DNA from: Candidatus Lindowbacteria bacterium RIFCSPLOWO2_12_FULL_62_27 | GTDB taxonomy: Bacteria > Lindowbacteria > 2-12-FULL-62-27 | Reading direction: 5' to 3' | DNA: 64,000 nt | Assembly: GCA_001784175.1 (NCBI GenBank) | Contig: MFPR01000006.1 | Location: 1 to 64,000 of the forward strand | Shown here: one piece after another, positions 63,220 through 64,000 of the stretch | How positions within the stretch are numbered: position 1 is the stretch's first letter | Layout of the letters: every line of letters starts with the position of its first letter | Made by a program: the position numbers and the translations under genes | The notes under the pieces: model-generated | The model's input: the letters and a program-made list of their open reading frames with translations, nothing else | Told to the model about the DNA's origin: nothing | Databases searched by the model: none

Positions 63220-63256
63220 GAGGAAATTCTCTCCGCACAACGGTAGGCTTGGACAC
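63220..63256 (+). CRISPR. Solitary degenerate CRISPR repeat, 31/37 identical to the array repeat
   Basis: GAGGAAATTCTCTCCGCACAACGGTAGGCTTGGACAC; same length and orientation as the array repeats. Confidence 0.9.
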
Positions 63257-63316
63257 CCTGTAATTTCGTGTGACGTAGGTTGACTCATATATGGATTCCA
63301 TTCTAATAATCGCTCT

Positions 63317-63658
63317 GTGAAAAAGATCAAACTTCGAGACAATGAAACGGTGCTTGAGGATGAGGCGGCACGACTATATCGCGTGGATGTACCCGCGCTC
63401 CGGCGTTCCCTGGGACGAAACAAAAAGCGATTTCCGGGCGGCGCTGTGTTTCAATTGACCAAATCAGAGATGACAGCACTCGGCTTGAAATTTGTCCGAT
63501 CCAGATCGGCGCCGTATGCGTTCACTCGATTCGGATACATCATGCTCGCCAACATCCTCAACAGCCCTACGGCCATCAAGGCGCACATCCGAAGAATCAG
63601 GAGTGTTTGCCGGCACCTGTCTTTTGAGGCGATTATCAGGATGATTGCCGGTCAATAG
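63317..63658 (+). CDS. ORF6N-domain DNA-binding protein, divergent or short
   Basis: R...VL...A.LY.V....L....RN..RFP...FQLT..E...PYAFT..G..MLA..L.S..A. Confidence 0.8.
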   Translation: MKKIKLRDNETVLEDEAARLYRVDVPALRRSLGRNKKRFPGGAVFQLTKSEMTALGLKFVRSRSAPYAFTRFGYIMLANILNSPTAIKAHIRRIRSVCRHLSFEAIIRMIAGQ

Positions 63659-63750
63659 CGGAGGGTCGCACAATTCATTTTTAGAAAATCTCATTCCCAA
63701 GCGGCCTTCAAAAAACTTACGAAAAACTTACAAAAACTTTGGATGCAAAA

Positions 63751-63774
63751 AGTTGGCACTAATTTGGCACCAAA
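63751..63774 (+). repeat. Right-end copy of the 24-bp motif AGTTGGCACTAATTTGGCACCAAA
   Basis: Matches 44919-44942 at 23/24 positions. Confidence 0.7.
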
Positions 63775-63825
63775 TCGAAAATGGACTTTTGTAACCCATT
63801 CATTTATGAGCGACTAACAAAAATC

Positions 63826-63877
63826 AGGCAGCGGCCTTTGGAGCCGTTATCCGCAGGTTCGAATCCTGCCGCCCCAG
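63826..63877 (+). repeat. attR: 52-bp duplicate of the tRNA-Gln 3' portion
   Basis: 51/52 identical to 44760-44811; lacks the tRNA 5' end. Confidence 0.95.
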
Positions 63878-63906
63878 AATTTTTCCATCTTCCATTTCCT
63901 TCAGAT

Positions 63907-63941
63907 TTGACGAATGTATTGATCATACGTATAATATACGT
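63907..63941 (+). promoter_or_regulatory. Sigma70 promoter with a palindrome over the -10 element
   Basis: TTGACG-N17-TATAAT; ACGTAT-AAT-ATACGT. Confidence 0.75.
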
Positions 63942-63964
63942 GTAAACTTAGGAGGTGGTCCACC

Positions 63965-64000
63965 ATGCCCAAGACGGCATTGAAAAAGGAAAAATGGACG
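63965..64000 (+). CDS. Start of an unknown CDS, truncated by the window end
   Basis: AGGAGGT RBS, then ATG MPKTALKKEKWT...; consensus promoter upstream. Confidence 0.6.
   Translation, partial: MPKTALKKEKWT

Larger units (their letters stand above)
44760..63877. mobile_element. ~19 kb tRNA-Gln-integrated defence island; attL 44760-44811, attR 63826-63877; no integrase inside
   Basis: 52-bp direct repeat of the tRNA 3' part with 1 mismatch; visibly higher AT content; defence cargo. Confidence 0.9.

Noticed and set aside
53472-63877. CRISPR-associated transposon (Cas12k-like) homing to the tRNA
   Set aside because: No tnsB/tnsC/tniQ, the RuvC triad is intact, and the sequence after the orphan repeat does not match tRNA-Gln.
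63826-63877. Second tRNA-Gln gene
   Set aside because: Lacks the 5' acceptor strand and most of the D-arm; it is the att duplication.

Overview
High-GC bacterial chromosome segment with three parts. (1) 1-15119: the 3' part of a giant (>5000 aa) secreted modular protein. It has seven beta-helix/FN3 modules, FG-GAP repeats and a FlgD/T9SS-type C-terminal domain. (2) 15129-44811: mixed housekeeping and accessory genes. These include an MNT-HEPN TA pair, two divergent PilT-family ATPases, an exosortase with a tiny PEP-CTERM-like substrate, a MITE, PBP1A, yajQ, a NodIJ-like ABC transporter, a Ser/Thr kinase fused to six ComEA-like HhH domains, rfbA, upp, F1-only atpHAGDC, a TPR lipoprotein, ispE, spoVG, an HNH nuclease and tRNA-Gln. 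(3) 44812-63877: a ~19 kb, visibly more AT-rich defence island in the 3' end of tRNA-Gln(TTG), bounded by 52-bp direct repeats, with no integrase. It carries one tightly packed run of genes: DNA methyltransferase, sigma-70-like factor, small protein, IrrE/ImmA peptidase, NurA-like nuclease, HerA ATPase, cas4/cas1, cas2, a 1510-aa cas12b and brnTA. After these come an expanded tracrRNA candidate, a 9-repeat CRISPR array, a decayed primase-helicase and an AbiE TA pair. A solitary degenerate CRISPR repeat abuts the AbiE promoter. The strongest candidates for an undescribed system are the sigma/IrrE/NurA/HerA module coupled to type V-B CRISPR and the orphan repeat at the AbiE promoter. All family calls come from reading motifs by eye; no database searches were run.
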